A stretch of DNA of 64,000 nt from the NCBI RefSeq assembly GCF_009834535.1, contig NC_045697.1:87298001-87362000 (forward strand), written 5' to 3'. A program made the translations under genes and the position numbers. Positions within the stretch are counted from its first letter, which is position 1, and the number at the start of each line of letters is the position of its first letter. Below the pieces are notes generated by a model. It searched no databases, was not told the origin of the DNA, and worked only from the letters and a program-made list of their open reading frames with translations. Shown here in pieces: positions 12,040-26,100 of the stretch. The DNA comes from Camelus ferus (taxonomy: Eukaryota).

Positions 12040-12235
12040 GGGGGACAGCCTGGCACAGTGTATAGAGCAAAGGGACTGGAGTCATGCAGATACGGATTTA
12101 AATCCGGACCCACCACTTACTGGATTGTCTGGCATTGAGCACATTTACCCAAATGCTGAAAATGTCAGTTTTTCAGAATGCTGCCTACCTCACTGGACTG
12201 TTGGATAGATCAGACATGTGAAGGTCTAGAACACT
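12040..12235 (+). mobile_element. MIR SINE
   Basis: ggcacagtgtatagagc...ctggagtca...ggatttaaatcc...ccacttact...gtcagtttt. Confidence 0.65.
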
Positions 12236-13090
12236 GGGGAATTAGTCGGTGGTGGTACTGGGGCGGGGGGGTAGTAGTGACAACTGTCATCATCATCAGT
12301 GTTATTCTCTCCCCAATATTTTATGTTTCTCGTGTGTCACTTACTTCGCTCCACTTTCTAAAAAGCATTTGTATAGTTGTCTTATTCCCCCTTCTCAATT
12401 TTAGGCTCCTAGAAATTGTCTTTATATTCCCCTCCTCTTCCAGAGCATTGAACAATGACTTGTGTGTACGTTTTCCTAAATGAGTTGAATTGAACAAAAT
12501 AACCCTTCTCCTCCCCTAAAGAAATACTGGCTTTACAGCGTTCTTAGAGTTCAGAGCTGGTACGTTTGTGTCTGTGTCTTCATACTCCAGACAGATACTA
12601 ATTAGCATACTGAAAAGTCATTGGCTCTTGTTATGTTTTGTCACACCGTATCTTGAAACTAGCTATTAAAATTATTGCGGTTTAATTCCTCAAAAACTTA
12701 AGAACCTATATATTTAGAGTTAAATAGTTTGAAGTAATTCTTATTTTTGAAAAAAAAATTTGTATTTGATACATAATTGCCATCAGTAGTAAAATATTTC
12801 AAATAAGGTAAATTTATATATATATATATATATAATTCTTACATGAAAATGTATCTTTTGATTTTATACTTTCTGATTTATAAAATCAAAGCCAACTGCA
12901 GGGTTTGGTGGGTTTTTGGTTTTCTTTGTTTGTTTGTTTTTCGGCTTAAATAACTAGCAATTTTTCTTCTTTACATAATGTTTTTTCTTATAAAACCCTT
13001 ACTTTCCATCTCTGAACATATTTCTGGAAAGCAGATTTTCTGCTTCTCAGAAGTGTCCCTTCACAAATCACACATTAATCTATTTACAGT

Positions 13091-13146
13091 ACAGTAATCT
13101 ACAACTAGTTACAGTAATCTATAACTAGTTACAGTAATCTATAACT
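13091..13146 (+). repeat. 20-bp tandem repeat, 2.8 copies (acagtaatctaYaactagtt)
   Basis: Copies at 13091-13110, 13111-13130 and partial 13131-13146. Confidence 0.95.
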
Positions 13147-14012
13147 GCCTTGTTTGTTTTCCAGAGGACCAGGAGTGTAGATCAGGATCTGCTGGTGATT
13201 TTTGAAGGAAAAAAAATAGGAAAAGAGTTGTTGCACTGTTGTTGATCTGCACTTCTGTAACAGAGGGGTCTGAAGCTAGTGGATTTGACTGACAGACCAG
13301 GCAGGCATTGAGGGGCCTTTGGGAAAACAGCATAAATTCACATGGAGTACTTGTAAGAAGTACCAGCACCCCAAAGTCACGAATCCCTTTTGTCAGTCAG
13401 AAAGCCTTTTTGGAGCTGGATTTTGCAGAGCTCTGTATTGGGTGGTGTTCTCAGAGCTTTGAACCAGCTGTGCTTCACCTGAGTTAAAGACACCTCTGCA
13501 GTGAGCCCAGGGGAGATGTGCTCAGGGACCAGGTCAGCAAAAGGAGGAGGTGGCCAAGGGACAGGCCAAATTTACACTGCAAATACTTTGGGGAATTACT
13601 TGCAACCACTCAGGAATATAAAATAGTATCACAGCTGAGAGCTTTATGTAACATTCCATTTAGCTCTGATCTCTACTTAATCTCTACTGTTTTTATTTGG
13701 TTACTAGGTATTTAGTGCAGCCCTATTTTGTGGAATGCTGGCCAGGAGCATACTTCAAACCAGTAGTCCTCATAGCTTGCTCTGCTGAATCTAGATTAGA
13801 ACACAAGCATACAGGTTCATTGGTTCTAAAGTTTGTGGGATAGTTGTTTGTAGTTTTTGATGTCTTAACAATCTGCCTAAGCAGTATATGTGATGTAAAG
13901 TTAAATGCAGCACCTGCTCTAAGGTATAAATTCTACACTTGGTCAAAAGCCAAATTGTTGGAACAGAAATCCTAACTTTAGTTAACATTAGGCCAAATGT
14001 CAGACTTGTCCT

Positions 14013-14900
14013 CATTCATTCAACATGTATTTATTGAGCACCTGCTGTGTGCCCAGTACATTTTTAGGCACTACGAACAAAATAAACAAAAGTCTGTACT
14101 CTTTGTGGGTTTCATTTTGTGAGGGGAAACAGAACATCAACAAAATAAGTTCAAATGTAATGTCATTAGACAGCAATAACAGGGGAGCAAAATAAGTCAG
14201 GGAGGGAAAAAAATAGGAAGGAGGCAGCAGGGTTAAATGAAGGTGGCCAGGGAGAATCTCTCTAAAAGGGTGACGTCTGAGTAAAGACCTGAGGTGAGTG
14301 AACCAAGAGAAGAGCATTCCAGAAGGGGAATGAGAGCAAGTGCTCTGAACAAGACTTCTTACCTTTAGGGACAGTCAGGAAGCCAGTGTAGCTGGAGTGG
14401 AGAGAGTGTGGGTTGTTCCAGTGTCCAGCTAAAGAAAGCAGGAGGGATGTTAGACTAAGTAAACTGAGAGCTGAGAACTGACCATTGGGTTATGATCCTT
14501 ACAGAGCAATTCAGTGGAAGATCAGAAGTCTCATTTGAATGGATTTAAGTGAGAATGGGAGGAGCGGAAGTCAAGAATAGCAAACAAAGATGACTGTTCA
14601 AAGGAGTCTCACTGGTGGTGGATTGAAGCAGATATGGAGACAAGGGAGGGGTTAAGCTTTTAAAATGAAACGTATTTTTATGCTAGTTGGAAAAGTTGAT
14701 TATATGTAGGGAAACAATCATAACAGGATTAGGACTTAGGAAAAAGAGAATGGAATCCAGTGCATAAATAGGAGGGCTTATTTTAGGAACCCAGATAGTC
14801 CATCCCTTGAAACAGGAAGGAAAGTTAAGTACACAAGTATGAATAAAGGAAATAGGGTAGACCTGATGGTGGTAGCATCGTGAAAGTTCTTTTCTGCCCA
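14013..14900 (-). mobile_element. L2 3' region
   Basis: cattcattcaacatgtatttattgagcacctgctgtgtgcc is the reverse complement of the L2 3' terminus, followed by a purine-rich L2 body. Confidence 0.8.
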
Positions 14901-17900
14901 ATAAACAACTATCTGTCCAGAGTTTGAGTAACATCAATGCTATCCCAGTCATATGGTCATTTACTCACTATCTCTAGAATTATCTCCATATTTGGCTAGC
15001 TTATAAATTATTCATGTATTTCTTTTATTAAGCAAAAACCTGTCTAGCATTGGTGCTATTCTGCCTTCTAGAGCCTCTCAAGATTGACAGTTCCAGTCCT
15101 TCTCTGTGAGCACCTTTCAAGTACTCAAGGGTTGACGATTTCTCACTGTTGACCTCACTCATTCTGGCTATCACACCTATCCCTTTAGTGTTCCTGCTGG
15201 GTGTTTAAGCCCCTCTCACATCTGATCACTCTCTCTCCTTATAGGAGCCAGGCTTATTTAATCAGTTTTATTTATTACTTGGGATTCCTGTGTGCTGGCC
15301 TTTGGGGTCTTTTTTTCCTAGGCTTTTTTTCCCCCCCAAATATTCAAGGTTCTAACAAATAGTCACACTTGACCAGCATGCCACCAAAGTTTTTAACTAC
15401 TGTGTTTATCTGTAGGGTGCAGCCAAGGACAAAGCACAGCTACTAAAGAGTTCCCTCCAACCTGACCTTTACCCATTAGTTAGCCCCTTCTTGGTGGGGT
15501 TGTCATTTATAAGTTTTCACATGACTCCAGATAAATTGATAGCTAATCCAGAAGAGGTGCTCAGATTAAGTGGTATGGGGCAAAGAAAAGGGATATATTA
15601 TCAGTGGATTCAAGCCTGGATGACTAGAAGAATGGAGTATCCCTGAAAATGAGTTAGTGAGGCAGGCAGTTTTCAGATCAAGATGACAGATCTGATGTTG
15701 GACACTTTGGGTTGTAGGTGTCTGGAGAGATGCCTGAGCTGAAAATGAGTATTTCAGAGGCATTTGCATGGGATGGATGTTTGAAGACAGAAGAGTAGAC
15801 TCATTCTTTGAGAAGTAATAGGTGAAGACTAGAAACTTGTCAACACGCACTTCCAGTTACATGTACAATTTTAATTGAATTTAGGGACTGTCTCCAAATT
15901 AAATTTACATAAACTTTGAAACTGAACAGCTCCAGACTCCAGCCTAGTAATCTGTTAGCTATATGACCCCTCCCCCGACAGAAGAAATTGAATTTGTTTG
16001 CTTTCTTTTCTGATTTTCGTTGAGACTTCTCCAGTTGCTAAGAAAGAGAATGAGTTTAACACAAAGATAACATCTATCTTTGACCATGACCTGTGCTGGA
16101 GTCATCATTCAAAAAGGATAGCTTTTATTTTTTCTAGAGATCCTATAATCATTGCCAAAGAAGTTGGCCCTTGAGGTTCTTCAACTTTATCATATTTCAG
16201 ATGATAACCTGTGACCTGAAAATCAGTTGTACAGCCCAGAATGTTATCTGGACCCCTAATGAGCAACGTGGTCTAAGAAAATGGCAACTAGAAACCACTG
16301 TGGTGTGCTGAGCACTGTTTTTTGGAAGTATAGCTGGCAGGGAGCAGGGGGGCTGTTGTACTGCTGGGCACAAGGTCGAAAGTGGCCCCTTTCAACAGAA
16401 CATTTTAAGGTAATGTGTTCAAGCAATGTAAAAGCACCACAGGTTTACATATACGTAGAGAAGGTTGGAGGACACTTCTTGCGTCCTCTCTTATTCCGTC
16501 AACCAGCCAGCATAGACCTGCCTCCAGTCACCTGTGCTGCCAGCCCTCCCAAGGATCTTCATCTTCTCCCCCAAAACACTATAGAACTGTCATGTTATCA
16601 CAGGGTGACAACACACACACAGTTGATATGGTGCAGAGGAAATGACCTCCCTCAGTCTGACTCCATCATAGTACCCTTTCCCTAGCCCCAATGACTGGGC
16701 CAGGCCACTCAGACTTTCCATGAGAGTGTTGTTTCCTAGAGCCGAGAAAATGAGGTCTTTCTGGTGGCTGAAGCTGTAAGATATAAAACATAGAAAACTG
16801 TGCAGGTTCTACTGCCCTTAGACTCTACTGGACCCAATAATATCATAAATTCCCCTTATGATTCAAATTGAGTTTCTGTTCCTAGTACTCGGCCGACTAT
16901 ACAGCAGATGTCACAGATGATTGCTCGTATTTGGAGACATAAGAGAAGCCGGGCAGGATTTAATCCACCTGGCTAAGAGGCGTTCACATATGTAGTGTGA
17001 AAACTACTCATGAGTCCCCTCTGATTAAAGTTAGCCTGGCCGTGTTTGTTGCAACAATTAAAGAATTCATGACTTAAAGTCTTTTCAGGACTTAGGTTTC
17101 TTCCTAAAGAAAATATATCAAAAGTGTTCATTAAAAGATTGATATAGAAAGTTAATAATGCTGAGGTTAACTCAGAACTTAGCATAATCTTCCATGGGAA
17201 CATTTGTATATGTGTGTGTGGGTTTTAAATTCCACAAATGTTACTCAAATGAGCAATCTGCAGAAAGATGTTTTAAAATATTTTGTTTCAGCATGTAAAA
17301 TCTCGTTTTATTACAGAATTCTTTCGTTAAAGGCACAGCTATGCTGGGTTGCTGCCAGAGTGAGTGGATCTTAACAGCCTAGTTAATTTTAAAAGATTTA
17401 CAAATGCTGGGCTTCAAACTACTGATAGTAAAATACACGTCACAATTTAATATAGCACTTAAACTCATGCCACATCTTGTGAATTTAAAATGCATCTGCA
17501 GATGAGTCTGTGTGTGGGGGTGTGGGTGTGGCTGTTTACATATGAATATGTATACGTATGTTTATTTCAAAGAGAACAGAGTTGGTCGGGGAGAGGGGGA
17601 CAGGCCTGCAAAATAACTCAGAATTTCTCCTGACTCTCACATTCTTCAGTGTAATTATAAAATATGTACAAAAATGTCTTTAACACACTGTATCAAGTGG
17701 TATGGGTTTATTTCCAGTTAGTAGCCAGCATACTAAAGCAAAGGTGCTTTTCACCACAGTGTAGCCCAATCTGAAGTTTTGTGATTAGATCTCCAAATGA
17801 AAAAGTACAGCCCTTAAGAGGAAATTCTTGGCACTTGCTCCCATTTTCTCCTCTTTACAACATTATAGGGGGCTTTTATGTGTATATTTTATCATTCATA

Positions 17901-19400
17901 ATAGAGAATGCATTGACTAAGATTGCAAAACAGTTTCCATTGAATCGTAATCTCCTTGTGTCCAGTTGACTCATCTCTATGAAAAAAACTTCTGTTCACT
18001 TAGAAATATCTGCTGATCTCTTTCCAATGATACATTTTTTGATGGTTAGAAATTTGATGGCTAGTTTAAAATGATGAGGTACAATGTATGGAAACAGTCA
18101 TGAGATTTACTAAATACATATACTCAAATTCACTCAATTTTACATCTTTGGATTTTAAAACTAGATGAATAATCTATGCTTTAAAAATTCACCATTAGCT
18201 CTTTAAAAATTCCAACTGCTGCATTTCTGATACCCAGCCAGTCCCACCAAGTGACTCTTATTACAGCTTTTAAATTAAAAAAGTTTTTAACATCATTTCT
18301 TCATTATCAACAAGTAGTTTCATCTACCCTCCTTTTCCACAACCCTTTCCATATCTGTCATGGCCTTTCTTACAGTTTTCAGTTTAGTCTTTATAAGTAA
18401 ACATTTTTCTGTCTTTCCTTAGGAGACTTTGCAGTTTGTTTCATTACTGAACTTGACACAAACCTTATTCTCGTATTAGAATTCTTGTAAAGGAGTTTGG
18501 GTAGCCGTAGTTAAGAAAGAATATTTAGGTTTCTTAGGCCATTAAGTAATGGACTTAATGATCAGAAGAGAAAAGCATGAATGTTTTGATTAAAGCCCTC
18601 ATAAACTGAATCATCTTTATTCTTCACCTTGACCTGGAATAAGAGTAACCATAATGAAAATGATTAGCCTATGTGGCTTTTACAAGTATTTGTAATTTCT
18701 TTTAAGTTGTATCACATACATAACTTTTTATTGTTAAAAGGCAAGCGCTGTATGTCACTACTAGCTTTCAAATCAGTAAAATCAGAGATTTTCTTTTTCC
18801 TTTTTAATGGACATTCAAGAAATACAGTTCAAAGTGTATCTCACTCTTTATAAGACAACAGGCCATATAATTTTTCAGGTAAGGAGAGAACCCTCTCAGT
18901 TTCTAAATACCCAGCATGTAAGTTATTACCAAACATTAAAACGTACAAACTTAAAAATTCACTTACGCGTTATCTAAAATTATACATAGTTAAAACGTGC
19001 CACTTGTAAATTCTAATCTTATCTTGGGAACTTGGCTTTTGCATTCCTTAACTAGTAAGCTTAAATTTTCAGTCTTAGTGTCTTATTACCCTAGTTTTGT
19101 GGGGGGGGGGTTAATAAATGAAGTATGATGTAGGTCTTTTGGTTCCTCTTCATGTCAATAAAGTCCCAAATAAGCATTTAATTATACTAGAGGCAGATGT
19201 TGAATTGTTCTAGGGTGCAAGAGGAAGGTCTAAGAAAGCAAAAGCTACTTACCTTTACTATGATCAGCTCTACTTTGTAGCTCCTGTACTCATTCTAGCC
19301 CAGTTGCTTTCTGGCCTAAGTCATCTGGAAAGGGGAAGATAGATATTATTATGAAGCGTTCATAGGATTTAAGATGGTTTGAAATGTGGTTACTATAGAG

Positions 19401-19548
19401 CAGTAGTTCTTAACCCTTTCAGGGTTATGGTTCCTTTTTAGAATATGATGAAAGCCTTGAACCCTCTCTCTTCATGTAGAAGTTTTCATAGGTTTTGGTG
19501 TATGCTTAGAGCCATCTAGCTATCTGGAGACCCTAGGTTAAGAATCTT
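19401..19548. mobile_element. Small hAT-Charlie MITE
   Basis: Imperfect terminal inverted repeats cagtagttcttaacc ... ggttaagaatctt. Confidence 0.6.
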
Positions 19549-20149
19549 TAGTAAACACACAGAATGGAAAGTACTAATTGAAAGATCATCCAGTTCATGT
19601 AACAAATAAGACAGTGTTGCTTTATTATTATTTGAGTTTAAAACAAAAAAATGAGCTTCTAAACAAATGGCTTATAAGCAATATAAGTGTTATCAGAGGA
19701 AACAGACCACCTTAAAAAAAGTTGGAAGTAGGGAAGATATATGAATATATACAAAGTATTTTAGAATATCCTATTTGATGGTGATATAACCTAATATACA
19801 TCCATTTTTATTTATTTATATGCTATTGGGAAAGAAGAGCTCTCCTTTCTTTTAGGATAATATTACTGTCAGTGAGAATGACATGTATAAAATAAGTGCA
19901 AGGTAAAGAATCATGTTGTCCTCTCACTCCCTGTCATGAGCTAATGGCACACTTAGTGTTTGCTCACCAGGACCTACTTTCACATGCCCCTTGGCTGCCT
20001 AAGTATGGTCAAGCCACTAACACAATACTCTTTAAAATGACTTTAAGGATGAAAAGCAAGGCTGCCGATAGGCAAGACCAGCCTGCAGCTGCTCAGAGAA
20101 TGGGAAAGGGGAAAGGAGCTCATTATAGGTTAAGTCTGTGGGCACATGG

Positions 20150-20454
20150 CGGGTGAGATGGGTGAAGGTGGTCAAAAGATAAAACTTCTACTTATGAAGT
20201 AAGTAAGTCCTGAGGATATAATGTACACCTTGGTGACTATAGTTAATAACACTGTATTGTGCATTTGAAAGTTAGAGTAGGTCTTAAAAGTTCTCATCAC
20301 AAGAAAAAGAAATTTGTAACTGATTGTGGTGATGGATGTTATATTGCGGCAATCATTTCACATTATATACATACAGTGAATCATTACGTTGTATTCCTGA
20401 AACTAGTATAATATATGTCGGTTATATCTCAAAAAAAAAAAAAAAAAAAAAAAA
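20150..20454 (+). mobile_element. L1MA-type 3' end with poly(A) tail
   Basis: ggtgactatagttaataacactgtattg...ttctcatcacaagaaaaa...ggtgatggatgtt...tatatctc followed by A24 (20431-20454). Confidence 0.88.
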
Positions 20455-22189
20455 GACAAGCAGGGTGTAAAAGGTTCTAACTCCCAAATACTCCATTATT
20501 CTGCGAGTACTTAGGTCCAGGATCCTAAACTAGGCAAGATCCAAGGAAGGCGATCCAGGCATCCCCAAAGCTACAGTTTCAAAGGAGGCATTTTTATGTG
20601 TGTGTTGCTGGGGCACAAAGTGGGAGTTGGCAGTGAAGACAGTTGACAGGTGATGAAACACAGGGGATGTTAAAACTGGCTTAACACCCCTGTCTATAGC
20701 CTCCCCCAGCCACTGCTTCCCAAGCTCCCATAACACGGGCAGGGAGGCTCAAATCCTGCAGACAGACAGTCCGGAGCTGGCTGGACTTCACGGGCTCTCC
20801 TCTCCTGAGAACATCCCCTGCTGTGCTCCTCTCTCCTCTTCGCCCTGGGCCAGTCTCAAGCTCTCCCACTCCCGGGAGCTTTTTCCCAGAGTTTGGTGCC
20901 TCTTCCAGGGCTCTGCTAGCTCTCTGCTCATAGCTTGGTCATCAGCCCCACAAGGGCTCACAAATACACACCTCAATTTAGGATATTCCATTGTGCTCCA
21001 ACATTTATGCTTTTTTAGTCCATAGTAGACAGTTTTCTTGGCTTCATTTGTCACAGCAGGAGCTTTGTGTCTGTGTGTGTGTATTTAAAACAAAACCAAA
21101 AAAAAAAAAAAAGTAAAAAGTAGTTTATATCTCTTTTCCCAGATGACCTCAGCAGTAGACCTTTTTGTAGACTCCCAAAGGCCAAGGGACATGCTAACTT
21201 GGTATGTTTGGGAAGAGAGCCAGGCCCAGGCTGGAGAGCCTTCATGGAACTTCTAACCTAGTGAAGGAGATAGACATTTACTACTAATAACTCTATATCC
21301 CAACAACTGTGATATGACGGACTAGTAGTACAAGCTGCTACCAGATCATGAAACAGGTGATCCTAGAGCAGTCAGGCCTGGGACGGTGGTGAGGTTGCCG
21401 CTGGGAGTCTCTCCCAGCGGAAGCATTCACTGTGAACCTTGAAAAGTAAGTAAGATTAGCCAATACTTCGCACATTTTGTTCCAGGAGAGCGAGGCTTTG
21501 TTTTTGCTCACTGCTCTGTCCCCCAGGGCCTGGTACCTTGTAGGTGGTCAATAAGATTTCTTGAATGAATCATTGAATAGGGGGCTCCCAACATCTGTGT
21601 GCCTTCTCACCCTTCTCCCTTCTGCCACGTGGTTCTTGTTCTCTCCATTCCTGTACCAGTTGATGTGTTCTTTTCAAACCTGAAAGTACTCCTTTTTATC
21701 TTGTTATGACTCAGTTCATGTTAGAAACATTTAAAATTCCCACAGCTGCGGATGGTTGTAGAAACAAGAATAAAAACCCCAAATCTTTCCCTCTGGGGAA
21801 TGACCAGTTCATTTGCCAATTTTTAAAAAACAATTTTGGGTTTCTCCATGCAAGTAATTATGAAAGGTTGTGCATATGCTTCAGCTGTCTATTTTAGAGG
21901 CTTCAAAATAACTTTAAATCCCCAAAATTAAGCAGCCAAGAGGATTCTTCAGTGTCATTAGGCTTTGAATGTCATTAGGCTTAGAAATTCTTTTCTTTTG
22001 ACTCAGTATTGCGTATGGCACTGTAGACTGAATCCGTCTGGGATTATGTTACCATAAAGCTTATTTTGCAGATAATCCAAGGGCAGTAGTTAGGTAATTC
22101 CTTAAATCTGCAGTTTTCCCTCCAAAAATCTCACTTCTGGCTTCCCCAAGTGAAAGTTTGTCGGTGAGGTGGCATTTAAAGGACTTTAA

Positions 22190-23120
22190 GTATGTGCTGC
22201 TTGCTTCCCTCAAATTCCCCTCCCCGGCGCTGTTTTATGCTCTGATCCTGGTTCTTGGCAGTTTGGGGCAGCCCTGGCCGTTTGTGCCTGTGACAGTCCG
22301 ACTCCATCTGCTGCTCCGTGGCCAGGAGCCTGCTGCGCTCCCTTCAGTCCCATCTTTCAGGCCCGACCATTCAGCCACCTTCCAGCGGGGCTCAATGGGG
22401 CTGCGGAGAATGAGTCCTCCGCGTCCACATGCGCACATAATCTCCCAGGTAGCCTCCTCCCTGCAGCACCTCCAGTGCCGGCTATTCGCAAACAGCAGGA
22501 CACCGCTCTACTGGGTTCCTAATCCCTCAGACACTCAGGGGAAGGAGGTCGCGGGGCTTCAAAAGTGAAAAGAAAAGCGAGGGGGCGGGTGAGCGGAGCG
22601 CACACAATGTCCCCCCGCCGCACAATCAGCGCCAGCTGCAGCCCAATTAAGCTCAACAGGTCACAGGTGTTCCAGACAGAAGATGCTTTTAACAAAACCA
22701 CTTTCTTGAAAATACCTAAGACTTTTTAAAGCACGGCAGCCCATTTCTTTGGGTAGATTCTTTAAAGCTATTTAATACACTTGAAATACAAAGAAGCTGA
22801 AAAGCACGTTTAGGCCTCACTGGAAGGCGAGCTTTCTTAGTGCCAAACAGCAGGAGCAGCCCCGAGCTGTGGCCCCAGGGTCGGGGGAGAGCAGCCCTGC
22901 CTCTGACGGATTCAGTGTGCAGTTGCCCAAGAAAGGGCTGGGGGGCGCTCTCTTCCCCAGCTCCATCTCCCACGTGGCCCTCTTAGTCTGTGCGGTTCAC
23001 GTACTCATGCAAGAAACTGCTGCGTGGCCATATCCTTGTCCCCAGAAGTTACAGTTCGTAGGATGCGGCTGCAGTTTCCCTATGAACTTTTTAAAAAGCA
23101 GCCCTGCCACGTGCTGATTA
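22190..23120. promoter_or_regulatory. Intronic CpG-rich candidate enhancer
   Basis: Local CpG enrichment outside any recognisable repeat, with a motif cluster at 22561-22670. Confidence 0.45.
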
Positions 23121-26100
23121 CCCTAGATAAATGAATTCAGCTATCCAGAGCCACCTTTCTCATCATCTAGGGTCACCCTATAAATGAGCCTCCTCTTCTG
23201 GCACATTCAAAGTCGCTGACTTCTTTTTCTGCACAGATCTGAGTGCACCCTGTGCCTGCAGGGTGGGGTGATGGGAACCAGGCAGAACTTGGCTGTTTAA
23301 GCCACCTTCAGAACTTTGTTACCCTTCCACCTTTCTTGGAGGATACTGATAATCTCGGAGAAGAAGTGACGAACTTAGTGGTGGAGGTTACATTCGAACT
23401 TGAGCATCCCTGTTGGAAACAAGCAGCTCTTAGCTTCGCTTCTCCACCGGCCTACTTGCAGCAGCATCCCTGGCCGTCCATGCTTTCCTGTTGTCATTAC
23501 TGGCATCTGTTTACAGTCAATAGAAGAGAAGTGCAGATATTCCCCAGGCCTTATCAGGAAATAGAAATAACTGTGCTTAAAGTTGCTGTTGGGTTCCTCA
23601 CCTCTCAGTGCACCAGCGAAGAAGGTAGTGTGGCTGTGAAACTGAAAAGAACAAGGGAAGGGTTATCACACAGGAGGGCTGAATACCCACAATAGTGCCC
23701 AACATTTTCATCTTTTCCTTCGAGTTGACCAGTTTTTGGTAAACAGTCTTTGCCTTCACTATCATTCTTTATCACGTCATTTTTAAAAATTACTACTGAT
23801 TGTTTAGAAAGCATGTTGGTTTTAATTTTCGCAGTGCGGCTGTTTCTTACTAAGCTCAGCCACCTGTTTAAACTCTTCTTGTCTCGTGGGCTGGGGGAGA
23901 GAACCGTAGGCTCTGTGTAAGAGGTTTCATTTTTTTCTTCCACAGTGAAGTAAGACATTGTTCTTATTCTCCATGGCATTCAGAATTCTGCACAATTGCC
24001 TCTTTTGCCCTTTTGCATTTAAAAGTGAGGTAATTAGATTTCCCAAGGTTCAATGGTCAAGAGCCTTCTCATCCTGGGAAGTTGCTTCCCCACACCCCAC
24101 AAGGGGACTTGTCTCACGTAATCCAGCGATTGCTGCGTTGTTCTAAAGGCGCTGCTTTCTCAGAGGGCGAGTGTAGCATGAAAATTTATACTTGAATGTC
24201 TCTTTACTAATATTGCTGAGGTACTTTTTTCCTGCAGTTGAAAACAGTTTTCTTCAGTGACTTTGTTTTGAGGGTTTGTAAATATTTTCATTAAAAATCT
24301 TTTCCTTTCCTACCATTTAGGGGCTCATCTTAAATATGCCTAAATCTTTCATATAGGTTTCCTGCTTATTTTCTGTTATTTTTCAGATATCTTAGTGATC
24401 TTTTATTCTGCTGAATGAATGGAAGGAGAATTTGTGACATGTTGGCACCAAATAAATGGGTGTCACGGCCACTGCAACACGTGTCTTAGTCACTCTGACA
24501 GTGAGATTTTGGGCCCACTCTGCTAGTCTTTTGTTTACTCGTTTCCCCAAACATAATATTTTCACCTTTTCAGCAAGGCACATACATATTTTTAAAGTTT
24601 GGATATCAGTTTTTTAGTCAAAACTGAAAAAGAACACAGAACACACACTCAGCTTTACAGAGCCAGCCAAAACATTTTTACTCTTACAGCCTACTGGCAA
24701 AAGCAATCTAACTGGTAGTTGGCTAATAATTCACTTAAATGATCTAGTGTGCAGCCCTACAGGGGAAGAGGACAAGATGGTGAAGGGATTAGGGGAGAGC
24801 TTCCAAAATCCTTTTTGCCAAAGATGTTAAGGTGCTCAAGTGCCAAGAGTTTTGTTTCTAAACGAGTTACTTGAACATTCCAGACAGTCTAACTCAAATT
24901 TGTATGTTCATCTACACTCCTTCTCAGTGAGGTTCTTCTGTGGCCTCATGGGAAAAATTCAGCTGGGTTCCCGCATCATTGAAACAGTCCCAAACTCTGT
25001 GATTTTGAATGTGATGCCAGCAGAATGATGAGCTGTGTGGTCCCTGTATACACTGTACAGATATGTACACATATACATATACTTGTTCATTTTTCTTACA
25101 AACTTTGGAGAGAGTAATGAGAAAGGTCCTACTTTAAACTGAGGGCTTTTCTTCTCAGTTTCTGTAGTATTCATTCCCAAATATAGAGGTATATTGGCAG
25201 ATTTATCTAAAAAGACCTCACCTTTCCAAGCGTAATACAGAAAAGAAAATCCGTCAGTAATTAATTGATTCTAGATTACTTTCATCAGGCAAGACAATAG
25301 ATCACCATTTGCACAAATTTTTTTTTTTAAACAAAGCTTTCATTTCAGTTCTCCAAACCAATGTGTATCACTGCATTGGTAAATTTTCAGGAATCTTTCT
25401 CAATTAAAGTGCAGGTTTTTCCCCATGACAACACAGCAAAAAATTTCCTGTCCCTGTGTAACGAATTGTGATACCTAGGGAAGCATACCTTAGTATAACA
25501 CAGGCATGCTTGTATTCTTGTTAGAATGTCTATATTACTTCTAAGGAAAAAACTAGATCCAAAGTAGTGCCCCAGACCAAAATATTGTTTAAGATGAACA
25601 TATATCACAGTGTTAAGTAATTTTTCTTATTGAATTTATCATTCCAAAAACTTCATTCCAAAGACTTAAATATAACTGACAAGATCTAGGTCATATGAAA
25701 TAGAAGTTAAAATATTACAGAATATTGGCCAATATCAGAAAGATAAATATAACAATGCACTTTTTGAAAACTTGTTTTTAGTTAAGGAACTGTTCAGTTC
25801 TGTTCAACAAATATGCATTGACTGTACGTCTCCAAAACACAAGTGTGTGCGGTGGCTGCTGCCTTTTGACCTGTAAACAAACAGGTCCTCCTCCAGTCTC
25901 TCTCGCTCAGCTCTTTCCCTTTTCCTTCTAAAAGGATGTGACGTAGGCAAGAGCCATATTGTGCCTAGATCGAGCTGTTTGATACTGGCCAGCACTCCCC
26001 AAGTACATGCTGAAGATCAGCAGTAACCCTAAAGATAGCCACTTACAGGTGTCCTGTCCAAAACAGGACAGGGGGGAGAGTTCTGTGGGGAACAACAAGT

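Noticed and set aside
13091..13146. CRISPR-like repeat
   Set aside because: The units are adjacent with no spacers, the context is mammalian, and there are no cas genes.
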